From a virus (lineage: Duplodnaviria; Caudoviricetes): a DNA stretch of 41,785 bases. The first letter of the stretch is position 1, and every line of letters starts with the position of its first letter. The DNA lies in IMG/VR virus record IMGVR_UViG_3300011422_000004, positions 1-41,785 of that record; one strand, written 5' to 3'. The notes beneath the pieces are model-generated. The model had not been told where the DNA came from and did not search any database. It saw only the letters and a program-made list of their open reading frames with translations. Position numbers and translations under genes: made by a program. Shown here in pieces: positions 32,766 through 41,785 of this stretch.

Positions 32766-33974
32766 ATGGCCGAACCCCGCGGCGATCTGCGGAGCCTGGC
32801 GCTCGGGCTCGGGCTCTTTCGCTGGGGGCGTGGCACGCATGTGCCACCGGTGCCCGTGCCGACGCTGTCGATCGGCACACAGACGCTGGCTGGCTTCGCG
32901 CACGAATCGGCCACAGACGGCGCGCAGTGGCCCGCGGAGAGCCCGGCGCTGGTGCGGGAAATCTGGCCCATCCTCAGCGCGGACTTCGACCCTGGCGTGC
33001 AGCAGGTGCCGGTGGTCACCCGGTCCCACGCGCTCGGCCCGCACGCCCTCGACGTGGTAGCGAAAGCCCCGAGCGTGCGTATTGGCTTTCGCTGGCGCTA
33101 TCAGGGCGTAGAGGCGCTGCTAGGGTGTGCCTTGGGGTATATGCCGGCGGCCTTGCCGCAGGCGCTCGGCAGTGGAGTGTACCGCCATGTGTACGAACTC
33201 AGTGCGGACCTGGCGTCCGAGCCGTGGCCAAGTGCCGATAGTCAGCCGACAGGCACGCGTCTGGTGCGCCGAGGCACGTTTGCCGCCTGGCGCCAGGTGA
33301 GTGTGTGGGAGCTCATGAGCGGCATGGTGCAGTCGCTGGCATTGGTGAGCGATGGCCTGACGGTGAGTGGCGAGGTCGTGCTGGTGGGTGAGTCCCTCTC
33401 CCGGAGCTCCGCCGTCAATACGGTCCGTGTCATGCAGGCCATGCCACCGTATGGCTGGCCCCTGGTGAGTGTGCGGCATGGCCGCTTGCGCCTCGGGCCA
33501 CGCAGCGCGGCGGTACCGCTCACGGCGGCGCATGAGGTGTGCTACCGCACGCTGGAGGTGCGACTGGAGAATAACCTGGTGGCCACACAGGGCCCCCGCA
33601 CCGGGCTCGCCCCAGAGGAATATACGCGCACGGCACCGCCCATGCTCACGCTGGCGTTCGAGCTGCCGCGGTATGCCAGTGATGCCTGGCTGGAAACCTG
33701 GGACGACGGCGAGCCGCTCATGGGGGAGCTCCGCTACCAGGGGCCGGAGGTTGGCGGCAGTGGGCAGGTCGCACAGCTCACCTGGTACCTCCCGGCGCTG
33801 CGCCTGACGGATGTGCGGCCCTCCCCCGTGGCGCTCGGGCTGCCCAGCGTGCGGCATGTGATGCAGGCGGAGGTGCCGGAGGCGCCGGCGGCGGGGATGC
33901 CGGCGACCGCCCTGGGAGGGCCGGTGGGGGTCGAGGTGGTGTGTGGGGTGCAGAGCAATCCACTACTTGCGTAG
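32766..33974 (+). CDS. Second tail tube-like protein
   Basis: Parallels tube 1 (WRYQG vs MRYAN; RQVSVWE vs KQVLGVWD; LRLGP vs LKLWVG; FELPRY vs ITFPRF; LPALRL vs IPNLTF). Confidence 0.65.
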   Translation: MAEPRGDLRSLALGLGLFRWGRGTHVPPVPVPTLSIGTQTLAGFAHESATDGAQWPAESPALVREIWPILSADFDPGVQQVPVVTRSHALGPHALDVVAKAPSVRIGFRWRYQGVEALLGCALGYMPAALPQALGSGVYRHVYELSADLASEPWPSADSQPTGTRLVRRGTFAAWRQVSVWELMSGMVQSLALVSDGLTVSGEVVLVGESLSRSSAVNTVRVMQAMPPYGWPLVSVRHGRLRLGPRSAAVPLTAAHEVCYRTLEVRLENNLVATQGPRTGLAPEEYTRTAPPMLTLAFELPRYASDAWLETWDDGEPLMGELRYQGPEVGGSGQVAQLTWYLPALRLTDVRPSPVALGLPSVRHVMQAEVPEAPAAGMPATALGGPVGVEVVCGVQSNPLLA

Positions 33975-33983
33975 GAGAGCGGT

Positions 33984-34415
33984 ATGGCAGAGGGGACGAA
34001 CGGCCAGGTCACGTTACCACCGAGCGATCAGCGTCCGGTGTTCATCATTACGGAGAAAGAACGCCTGAGCTTCACGGTGGGTGAGACGACCTTTCTGTAT
34101 CGACGCATCACGCCGTCCAAGCATAGCGAGCTGCGGGCCGCGCATACGGAGCGTGGGCTCTTTGATGAACAGGCGCGGCGGAATTTCCTGGTGGATATCG
34201 CGACCTATTGTCTGTGTGGCTGGGAGAATCTGCGGGATATGGAGATGCACGCGGTGCCCTTTCTCCCGGAGGTGATTCCCCATCTCCCGTTTGCGGTCTT
34301 AGAGCAGCTCGATCAGCTCGCGCTGGAGCCCTCGCCTGATGAGCTGATGGCGAGGTACCTGCGTTTTTTGACCGACAGTTCACCCTCGTCTCCCCCAGGA
34401 CCGGACAGCCCATAA
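33984..34415 (+). CDS. Tail assembly chaperone (G-like)
   Basis: CLCGWENLRD...VPF; lies before the tape measure gene. Confidence 0.75.
   Translation: MAEGTNGQVTLPPSDQRPVFIITEKERLSFTVGETTFLYRRITPSKHSELRAAHTERGLFDEQARRNFLVDIATYCLCGWENLRDMEMHAVPFLPEVIPHLPFAVLEQLDQLALEPSPDELMARYLRFLTDSSPSSPPGPDSP
34364..34370 (+). other. -1 programmed frameshift heptamer T TTT TTG
   Basis: XXXYYYZ in frame; the -1 frame is open from here through 34720. Confidence 0.75.
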
Positions 34416-34720
34416 CGTGTGGGAGCTGTCGCCAGCAATTAGGGGAAGACGCGGAACCCGTGCCCTGTGATACGGGTGGACTCCAGGCGTGCTATTTCTT
34501 TAGGACCCATGGGATGAGCCCTGGCGAAAAAGACCACCAGGATGATCTGCTGGTGTGGGAGGTGTACTGGCAGGCGCAGCGCGTGGGCTTCGAGACGGTG
34601 TACCGTTTGCGGCGCCTCGATCTTCTCGGTGCGTACGCGGCCGATTGGTTGCTCAGGTGTCTGGTGACCTTGCAGGACGCCGTCTGGCAGCAGCAGCGCG
34701 CGGCCCAGGAGCAACGCTAG
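34370..34720 (+). CDS. Frameshift extension of the tail chaperone (GT-like)
   Basis: FDRQFTLVSPRTGQPITCGSCRQQ...VPCD...VWEVYWQ. Confidence 0.7.
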   Translation, partial: DRQFTLVSPRTGQPITCGSCRQQLGEDAEPVPCDTGGLQACYFFRTHGMSPGEKDHQDDLLVWEVYWQAQRVGFETVYRLRRLDLLGAYAADWLLRCLVTLQDAVWQQQRAAQEQR

Positions 34721-34732
34721 GAGGAAGGACCC

Positions 34733-37663
34733 ATGCCACCGATCGTGCTCGAAATCATCGTCGATGACTCAAAAGGCACGCCCCAGATCCGTGTGTTCGA
34801 CAAGGCCATCACGGACACCACGAAAACCGTCCAGCAGGGCGGGCAGGCGACCGCGCAGGCGTCGCAGAGCACGCAAGCCTACGGCAGTTCCCTGGGTGCC
34901 TCCGCTAAAAGTGCCCTCACCTTTGCCGGCGCGCTGACCGGGGTGCAACTCGGCATCAGCGCCATCAGCAGTGCCGTGCAAGGGGCCGTCACGCAGGTGG
35001 TGTCGTTTGAAGCGGCCATGGCGAATGTCAACACGCTGGGCGTCCGCAGCGCGGAGGTGCAGCAACAACTCCGCACGCAACTCCTGCAACTGCCGCCCGC
35101 GCTGGGGTCGGCAACGGAACTGGCGCAAGGGCTCTATGAGGTCCTCTCCTCGGGCGTCGCGCCCGCCAACGCCGTCGCGTTTCTGGGCGAAGCCGCGAAG
35201 CTCGCCAAGGCGGGACTGGCCAGTCTCGACACGTCGATCGTCTCGCTGACGAAGACGATGGCCGCGTACAACATCCCGACTGAGAAAGCCGGCGAAGTCA
35301 GCGATCTGTTCTTTAAGACGGTCGAAGTGGGACAAGGCAGCTTGCAACAGTTCGCCAGCGCCATGCCCCAAGTCACGCAGCTGGCGGCGAGCATGGGTAT
35401 CTCGCTCAAAGATACCAGCAACGCCATGGCGACGCTGTCGCAGACGTTTCGCTCAGCCGACACGGCTGCGACGGGGCTGCGCTCGCTGCTGACGCAGGTT
35501 ATCCAGAATAACGACAAGTTTCTGGCACTGGGTATCAATATCAAGCAAGTCATTGGCGACGAGGGCTTGCTGGGACTCGTGCGCGTGCTCCAGCAAGTCT
35601 CGCAAGGCGACACGGGCACGCTGCGCCAGTACGTCAACGACATTGAGGGGCTCAACGCTGCTGTCGCCCTGACGGGTCCACAGTTTCAGACACTCATCAA
35701 AAATCAAAAAGAGTTTGAGAACGCCGCGGGCGCAGTCGATCGCGCGGTCAAGGTCCAGACGCAGACAGTCAGCGCGTCGTTTAGCGCCATGGTCAACGCG
35801 CTCGGCCAGCTGGCCAACGACATCGCCCCGCCCTTCTTGCACGCGTTTACACGCGTCGCCCAGGGCGCGACACAGGTCATCGAGGGCACGCGCCAGACGT
35901 TCAAGGACCTCCCCAAGATCACGCGCGAAGCGCTCGATGGTATGCAGCAAGAAGTCGACAAGTTTCGCGCAGCGACCAGGGGAAAGCCCCTGTTCGCGTT
36001 TACGCAAGAAGACGTCGGCATGGCCGCGCTCAAAGAGTTTTTCCGCGCGCTCGCGCAAGGCGCTGACTCGCTCAGTATGACCAGCAGCGCGTTTCGTGTC
36101 TATCGTGACCAGCAAGTGCTGGCGACGGACGCGACAAAAGGCTGGCGCGACGAGACTGAGCGCTCCACTGCAGCGCTCGCCGCGCAGACTGCGGGACTGG
36201 CGCAGAACAGCGCTGAGCGCAGACAGGCTGAGCACGCGACGAAAGGCTGGCGCGATGAGAGCGAGCGCAGCGCGGCGTCGCTGGCGCTGCTGAAAAAGCC
36301 CATCGACGACGCGAACAGCGCCATGCAGGGCTTTAACAAGGGTCTCGAAGAGTTGCGCAGCGGGGGCGCACGCTCTGCGCAAGATCTGGATACGCGTTTC
36401 GCTGCGCTGGCCAAGAACCTCGACACCATGGCGACGAGTGGCGCGCTGTCTGCCAGCGAAGTGCGCAGCGCGTATGAGAAGATGGCCGACGCGATCCGCG
36501 ACCAGTTTGGCAAGCTGCCCCCCGTGCTGCAAGCGGCGTACGACAAGTTTGTCGCGGGCGCGCGGGGCAGCGCTGACAGCATCGACGCGTCGTTCAAGAA
36601 GCTCGGCATTCAGTCGCGCGCCACGTTGCAAAAGCTCGCCACTGACGCGCTCGCCAACTTTCAAGAAATTGAGAAAGCTGGCACGGCGAGCCCGCGCGAG
36701 CTGCTCGACGCATGGCTCGCCGTCGTCGACCAGATCGACAAGGGCGCGTTTAAGAAGCTGCCAGAGGGTCTTGACGCGTCGAGTCGCAAGATGGTCGACA
36801 TCGCCAAGAAACTTGGCGTCGACTTGCCCAAGCCCATTATCAACGCGTTTGGCGACATCGAGTTCGCCAGCACGAAAGCTGCGCAGGCCATTGACACGTC
36901 CTGGCTGCAGACCCGGGGCGCACTGGAGCGCGCCAAGGGCGCGATCGACGATCTGGCGTTGAGTACCGTAGGACTGAGCGAGAAACAGTTGCAGCTGGGC
37001 TATGCCATTAAAGCCAACGGCGACATTGTCAACGCGTATGGCAACGCCATTGCCCAGTTGACTGAAGAGACCGAGCGTCTCAACAACTTGCAGATCGACA
37101 TCAAGACGCCGTTTGGTACCACCATCGACGCGCTGCAAGAGCAACTGCGCCAGGCCAACCGCGACTTACTCGACTTACCGAACCGTATCAACGATTTGGG
37201 TTTTGCAGGCTTCCAACAACAGCAGAAGGTCCTGCAGGACCTCATCAAGGAGCTGGAAAAGCGTATAGCGGAGCTCCAAAAAGCACAGAAAACGAGCGCC
37301 ACGGGCACCACGACGACCGGCACCACCGGCACCACGACGACCGGTACGACGGGCACCACGGCGACCGGTACGACGGGCACCACGGCGACCGGTACGACGG
37401 GCACGACCACCACCGGCACCACCGGCACCCGGCCGACCAGTTCGCTGGTGGTTGGCGGTGGCAGCGGCGGCGGGCAACCGCCCGGCTTCACGCAGATTGG
37501 CACGACCGTGACCACGACAGACATGCAGGCGCAGCGCGGGGTCACGGTCAACGTCAGTCTCAACGCGCAGATGCTCACTGCAGATCGCGCCACGCTGCAG
37601 AGTGCCGTCGACCAGCTCGCGCCCGCGATTAACGAGGCGATTCGCCGGGGGACCATTCACTAA
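34733..37663 (+). CDS. Tape measure protein
   Basis: 976 aa; TP901-type core FEAAMANVNTL...ELAQGLYEVLSSG; Ala/Lys-rich helices. Confidence 0.92.
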   Translation: MPPIVLEIIVDDSKGTPQIRVFDKAITDTTKTVQQGGQATAQASQSTQAYGSSLGASAKSALTFAGALTGVQLGISAISSAVQGAVTQVVSFEAAMANVNTLGVRSAEVQQQLRTQLLQLPPALGSATELAQGLYEVLSSGVAPANAVAFLGEAAKLAKAGLASLDTSIVSLTKTMAAYNIPTEKAGEVSDLFFKTVEVGQGSLQQFASAMPQVTQLAASMGISLKDTSNAMATLSQTFRSADTAATGLRSLLTQVIQNNDKFLALGINIKQVIGDEGLLGLVRVLQQVSQGDTGTLRQYVNDIEGLNAAVALTGPQFQTLIKNQKEFENAAGAVDRAVKVQTQTVSASFSAMVNALGQLANDIAPPFLHAFTRVAQGATQVIEGTRQTFKDLPKITREALDGMQQEVDKFRAATRGKPLFAFTQEDVGMAALKEFFRALAQGADSLSMTSSAFRVYRDQQVLATDATKGWRDETERSTAALAAQTAGLAQNSAERRQAEHATKGWRDESERSAASLALLKKPIDDANSAMQGFNKGLEELRSGGARSAQDLDTRFAALAKNLDTMATSGALSASEVRSAYEKMADAIRDQFGKLPPVLQAAYDKFVAGARGSADSIDASFKKLGIQSRATLQKLATDALANFQEIEKAGTASPRELLDAWLAVVDQIDKGAFKKLPEGLDASSRKMVDIAKKLGVDLPKPIINAFGDIEFASTKAAQAIDTSWLQTRGALERAKGAIDDLALSTVGLSEKQLQLGYAIKANGDIVNAYGNAIAQLTEETERLNNLQIDIKTPFGTTIDALQEQLRQANRDLLDLPNRINDLGFAGFQQQQKVLQDLIKELEKRIAELQKAQKTSATGTTTTGTTGTTTTGTTGTTATGTTGTTATGTTGTTTTGTTGTRPTSSLVVGGGSGGGQPPGFTQIGTTVTTTDMQAQRGVTVNVSLNAQMLTADRATLQSAVDQLAPAINEAIRRGTIH
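37301..37428 (+). repeat. 24-nt coding tandem repeat (TGTTGTT[T/A]) in the tape measure C-terminus
   Basis: ACCGGTACGACGGGCACCACGGCG-like unit, about 5 copies. Confidence 0.85.
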
Positions 37664-38049
37664 TGCCGTATCCGACGTTTAGCAAAGAGGGCATTGGCAC
37701 GCTCACGTTCTCGCGTGGGAACGTCTGGCCCGATCGCCATCTCTATCAGCCCCGCCAGGTCGTGGCGCGCAGCGAAGCGGGGCAGACGCGCGTGGCGACG
37801 CTGAGCGATCCCGATGAAACCTTCCCGCTGGTCTTCGAGCGCTTGCCCCTGGCCGACTACACGGCGCTGCGCCAGTGGTTTGCCGATCCGCGCATTAATT
37901 GGCAAGCGACGAGCTTCACCTACACCGACACGGCCGGTGTGGCGACCGTCGTGCGCTACGCGGATGCGGCCTTCGATCTGGCGGAAGTCGCCCCGGGCCG
38001 CTACAGTGGCACCATCACCCTCAGACGCGAGCCCTTCAGCGATGCGTAA
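37663..38049 (+). CDS. Distal tail (Dit)-like protein
   Basis: TAATG coupling to the tape measure; SFTYTD..G....VRY. Confidence 0.6.
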   Translation: MPYPTFSKEGIGTLTFSRGNVWPDRHLYQPRQVVARSEAGQTRVATLSDPDETFPLVFERLPLADYTALRQWFADPRINWQATSFTYTDTAGVATVVRYADAAFDLAEVAPGRYSGTITLRREPFSDA

Positions 38050-40972
38050 CGTCACCCCCGACTGGCTCACGGCGGCGCAGCATGACGCCACCCGCGCCCA
38101 CACCTCGGGCGCGTACGCACCCGTGGTGCTCGTCGACTTTCCGACCCTCGAGCGCTACTTCGCGACCAGACAGCACCTGAGTAGTGCGCGCACGTATGAA
38201 TACGACGTCGCGCGGCTTTCTGAAGGCGGCCTCCAGCCCTTGCGGCTCGATCTGGACGAAATGTCCAACGCCGTGCGCTTGTCGAGCATGACGCTGCGTC
38301 TGCTCAACGTCGAGCAGCTCTGGCGCACGTTTACGGGCCTCCTCGATAACACGCGCGTGCACGTCTGGCTGACGTTCGCGGGCCTGGAGGACGTCGACGC
38401 CCTGCCCCTCTTTCCCGGCGTGGTCGATCGGCACGACATCAGTCGCAGCGCCCTCGATGTCATCCTCATCGATGCCAGCTTCCGGCTGCACCGCAATCTC
38501 AGCGTGGCCATTGGCGGGCAATACTTCCCCAGCGCGCCGCTGGCGTCGCGAAGTCAATTTATCCCGATTGTGCTCGGCGTCGCGGTCGATGCGCCGACCA
38601 TCCAGGTCAGCGGCGACGCGCAAGGCACGCTCGCCTTTGGCATTGGTCAGGCGGCGCCCGAGCTGCTCCTGGTGGAAATCGGCGCCCCGTTTCCGACCAC
38701 GGGGACGGTGAGCATTGGCCCGGAAACCGCTGTCCCCTATACCAGCCGGGATCTCGTCCTGGTATCCGGCGTGACATACCTGCGCCTGAGCGGGCTGGAC
38801 CGCGCCGGCACCACAGGGCACTCGGAGGGGACCGTCGTCACGCTCACGAGCCAGACCTATGCGTACCTGATTGGCTACGAGGTGCGCAGCCTGCAAGCCG
38901 TTCGGGATGACGGCGCCCTGGTGCATCCCGCTGACTATACGCTGGTCACGATGGACGCCGATCGGCCGGTGTCCGTGCTGGTGTTTGCGACCCAGCGGGG
39001 ACGGATCACGGCCGATGTCAACGGCCCCAATGTGGACATGGACGAACGGCTGGTGAATGGCGGCTTTGAGGCGGGCGATCTGACAGGGTGGACCGTGGAG
39101 GCGGGCAGCGCCCTCGTCGCCAGCACCGCGCCCGAGCCCTACGTCGGCCAGTACCGCGCCGCGCTGACCGGGCCAAGCGTCAACGTCGATGGCACGCTGT
39201 CCCAGGACTTTCCCGCGACGCCCGGGGCCACGTTTCTCCTGCGCCTGACGTACCGCAACGATCAGGGCGACAGCACGCTCGACAATGCCAGCTTCGAGAG
39301 CGGCGATCTGGCGGGCTGGACCGCCACGCCCATGTTCGCGGGCACGGTCTACGGGGTCGTGCGTGCGCATAGTCCCGCGGGGACGTACGCCAGCACGTTT
39401 GGTCCCTTGCCACTGTATCAGGGGGCGAGCGCAGATGGCTCGTCGTATCTCGAAGTCACGGGCCACGGGAATCCCTGGCGTCTGGAGTTATATCAAGACG
39501 TGGTCACGGTACCAGGGGCGACGTATCGTTTCAGCGCGTTTGTCTGGGGCGGCGCGGTCGATACCAACGTGGTCGATGAGACGCACGTGGGCGGACCCTC
39601 TGAGCAGTTTTACGTGACGCGCCAGGGGGACTACATGCTGGGCACGCCGACGAATCCCTCGCTGTATGGCGGTGGGACGCTGTTTAGTCATACGGGCATT
39701 GCGCCCAACACGAGCGGACTGCCGGACGCGTGGCAGCAGAGCACCCCCGTTACGTTCGTGGCGACGACGGCGAGTACACGCGTCACGCTGGTGGCACGTG
39801 GCACGTTTAGCGGGCTCATGCCGCGCCCGATCTGCATTGACGGCGTGCAACTCGCACAGGTGGACACGCTGACGACGAGCAGCGCCCGCTGGAGCCTCGG
39901 CACGCCCGCCGATCCAGCCCTCTGGAGTACGCAGATGCTGGGCGCGATCTATGCGTGGACACCGCTGGAGGCGGCATTTCATCCGACCTCAGAGGTGGGC
40001 CGCCTGACGCTGCACAGTCAGTACAACGGGGGGCCGCTGGCCAGCTACTTCGATCACTGCTCGATCCGCCTGGGCTACAATCCCGGGGGCCTGGGCGGGC
40101 AAAATCCCGTCGATGCCATCCGCTATATCCTCGACACCTTGCTGCCCGAGGCGGAGTACGACCTGGACAATTTCAACGTCGCGGCCCAGCAGCTCATGGG
40201 CTGGAAGTTTGGCGCGGTCCTGACCAACCCGGGCGACTCCCGTGCCCTGCTCCAGCGCATGGCGTATCAGTGCGGCGCGCTCCTGTTCCAGGACGGCGCG
40301 GGCGTGTTCAAGTTGAGCGTCCTCCACGGCTCGCACGCCGTCCGCGTGGGCTTTGATACGACGAACATCGTGGAAGGGTCGTGCACCGCGGGCTTCGAGC
40401 CCATGGACAACGTGTATAGCGACATCTACGTCTGGTTTGCGGCCAAGACGGGCGGCTCGAGCGCGTCGAGCGACTTTCAAGGCGTGGTCTATGCGACGCC
40501 GACCGCCACCACCGCGACCAGTACGCCCTTGCTGGTGACGCAGTGCAGCGCGGCGCGCACGCTCTATGGGCGCGAGCATCGTTTGGACTACTACGCCGAC
40601 TTCATCCAGGACGTGGGCACGGCGCATCTGCTGCTCACGTGGCTGGTGTCGCGACTCACCATTCGCCACTCGCTCATCACGTTTCGGACATGGTTGGATG
40701 GCATCCGTCCCGAACTCGGCGACCGGGTGCAGCTGACACACCCGCTCATCACGACGGACGAGGATCCGGTCATCTGCGAGACGATGGGCCAGCACGTCGA
40801 CTTCGCGACCATGCAGGTCGAGCTGGTCGTGCGCACGCTGACGCTGGGCGGCTGGCGTGCCCGCTTCGAGTACGACGTGCGTGTGCTCGACGACGCGGGC
40901 TGGCATGCCGCATTTGGCTTCGACAGCGTGCCCGACGAGGACGAAGGCTGGAGCGCAGACTTTGAGGACTAG
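38042..40972 (+). CDS. Baseplate hub/tail tip protein with CBM4/9-like inserts
   Basis: IPIVLG, NPVDAIRYIL, LELGD-like PELGDRV; two N[G/A][G/S]FE.GDL.GWT motifs. Confidence 0.78.
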   Translation: MRNVTPDWLTAAQHDATRAHTSGAYAPVVLVDFPTLERYFATRQHLSSARTYEYDVARLSEGGLQPLRLDLDEMSNAVRLSSMTLRLLNVEQLWRTFTGLLDNTRVHVWLTFAGLEDVDALPLFPGVVDRHDISRSALDVILIDASFRLHRNLSVAIGGQYFPSAPLASRSQFIPIVLGVAVDAPTIQVSGDAQGTLAFGIGQAAPELLLVEIGAPFPTTGTVSIGPETAVPYTSRDLVLVSGVTYLRLSGLDRAGTTGHSEGTVVTLTSQTYAYLIGYEVRSLQAVRDDGALVHPADYTLVTMDADRPVSVLVFATQRGRITADVNGPNVDMDERLVNGGFEAGDLTGWTVEAGSALVASTAPEPYVGQYRAALTGPSVNVDGTLSQDFPATPGATFLLRLTYRNDQGDSTLDNASFESGDLAGWTATPMFAGTVYGVVRAHSPAGTYASTFGPLPLYQGASADGSSYLEVTGHGNPWRLELYQDVVTVPGATYRFSAFVWGGAVDTNVVDETHVGGPSEQFYVTRQGDYMLGTPTNPSLYGGGTLFSHTGIAPNTSGLPDAWQQSTPVTFVATTASTRVTLVARGTFSGLMPRPICIDGVQLAQVDTLTTSSARWSLGTPADPALWSTQMLGAIYAWTPLEAAFHPTSEVGRLTLHSQYNGGPLASYFDHCSIRLGYNPGGLGGQNPVDAIRYILDTLLPEAEYDLDNFNVAAQQLMGWKFGAVLTNPGDSRALLQRMAYQCGALLFQDGAGVFKLSVLHGSHAVRVGFDTTNIVEGSCTAGFEPMDNVYSDIYVWFAAKTGGSSASSDFQGVVYATPTATTATSTPLLVTQCSAARTLYGREHRLDYYADFIQDVGTAHLLLTWLVSRLTIRHSLITFRTWLDGIRPELGDRVQLTHPLITTDEDPVICETMGQHVDFATMQVELVVRTLTLGGWRARFEYDVRVLDDAGWHAAFGFDSVPDEDEGWSADFED

Positions 40973-40975
40973 CCT

Positions 40976-41635
40976 ATGAGTGATCTCGACGATTTTACGT
41001 TTCACAAAAGCCTGGCCGGGCTCTTTGTAGGTCTCGAAACCGCCGCGCCGCTTCGTGGCACGGGCTCGCTCAAAATGCACCGCAACGGCCAGCCCGCGGG
41101 CTACGTGTCCAGCGTCCGCAACACGGGCAACAAGGCCTTTACCACGGGACGCGTGCGCTTCTTGTGTCAAGCGAGTGGCTTCGCGAGCAACACGTCGATC
41201 GGCTTTTGCTTCCAGATGTCCCAGGCCAATCTGACAGGCGCAGCGGGCACGGGCTACTGGTTTCGCTGGTTTATCGGGGCGTCGAGCACGACGCACACGC
41301 TGCGCATAGATCGCTTGACGTCAGGACTGGTGCAGAGTTTCGTCAATATTTGTCTCAGTCCCGCCTTTACGCTCGCCGTGAACACGCCCATGGCGCTGGA
41401 GTGTAGTTGGATACTCGATCTGGTCGCGCTGGGCGGGATTCAATTTAACGTCCAGCGTGGCAGCGCACTGGACTATAGCGACCTCGCGCCGGTCAGTGGC
41501 ATGACGGGCGTCGTCAGTAGCACGTCCGTCTTGCAGACGTCGGTCGGGGAGGGTCCCGCGTGGCAAGCAGACGTCACGACGCAGCACAATTTTCTGTGGG
41601 ACGATATCCACTGCGTCCCCCTGCTGGTCGGCTAG
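40976..41635 (+). CDS. Beta-rich virion protein
   Basis: 219 aa between hub and fibre; lectin-like composition. Confidence 0.65.
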   Translation: MSDLDDFTFHKSLAGLFVGLETAAPLRGTGSLKMHRNGQPAGYVSSVRNTGNKAFTTGRVRFLCQASGFASNTSIGFCFQMSQANLTGAAGTGYWFRWFIGASSTTHTLRIDRLTSGLVQSFVNICLSPAFTLAVNTPMALECSWILDLVALGGIQFNVQRGSALDYSDLAPVSGMTGVVSSTSVLQTSVGEGPAWQADVTTQHNFLWDDIHCVPLLVG

Positions 41636-41648
41636 AAAGAGGTACGGC

Positions 41649-41785
41649 ATGTCCGCGCTCACCATCCAACGCCCTGGCATCCCGGTCCCCCTGCCCCTCA
41701 CCCGTGGCGGCACGGAAGCCACCACGCCTGCCGGCGCGCGCACCAAGCTCGAGCTCGGGGACCTCGCCCTCCTGACGGCGCCAGG
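41649..41785 (+). CDS. Tail fibre, N-terminal part (continues across the junction)
   Basis: RBS AGAGG before ATG 41649; MSALTIQRPGIPVPLPLTRGGTEATT... reads in frame through the repeat into the 254..2476 ORF, about 829 aa in total. Confidence 0.88.
   Translation, partial: MSALTIQRPGIPVPLPLTRGGTEATTPAGARTKLELGDLALLTAP
41663..41785. repeat. Terminal direct repeat, right copy
   Basis: Exact copy of 1-123. Confidence 0.97.

Larger units (their letters stand above)
1..41785. mobile_element. Complete temperate tailed phage (siphovirus-like), circular/excised form
   Basis: Terminase, portal, capsid, tail tube, tape measure, tail fibre, endolysin, integrase, excisionase and repressor pair all present; no sheath gene recognised; terminal overlap. 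Confidence 0.93.

Noticed and set aside
35453-37144. Long antisense ORFs (also 269-1708, 12262-13509, 20376-21776, 31650-33044, 38036-39466, 39989-41296)
   Set aside because: Shadow frames of GC3-rich genes with no recognisable motifs or RBS.

Overview
This window is an apparently complete ~41.66 kb, high-GC temperate phage with siphovirus-like tail genes, assembled as a circle: bases 1-123 are identical to 41663-41785 and the tail-fibre gene runs across the junction. Late/structural arm (+ strand, ~19.96 kb through the junction to ~5.3 kb): terminase subunits, portal, minor head, prohead protease/scaffold, capsid, head-tail genes, two tail-tube-like genes, frameshifted chaperone, tape measure, baseplate/hub, and a LamG + S74 tail fibre. 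Early arm (- strand, 11.8 to 5.3 kb): Cro-like, excisionase, three replication-initiator-like genes with iterons, many small ORFs, and the endolysin at the far end. Centre: cI-like repressor, tyrosine integrase, attP-like site. Accessory block (13.8-19.9 kb): exported protein, 14-bp repeat array, SWIM protein, XRE-antitoxin fusion + VapC, superinfection immunity protein, RosmerTA-like pair. Best candidate for a novel system: two related antisense HNH cassettes (2488-3205, 30536-31454). Each has an extended -10 promoter, a covarying c4-like structured leader RNA whose loop is complementary to its own ribosome-binding site, an HNH nuclease with a variable number of ~15-aa repeats, and a shared 32-bp end that supplies the RBS of the next structural gene. 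All family assignments are from motif recognition by eye; no searches were run.
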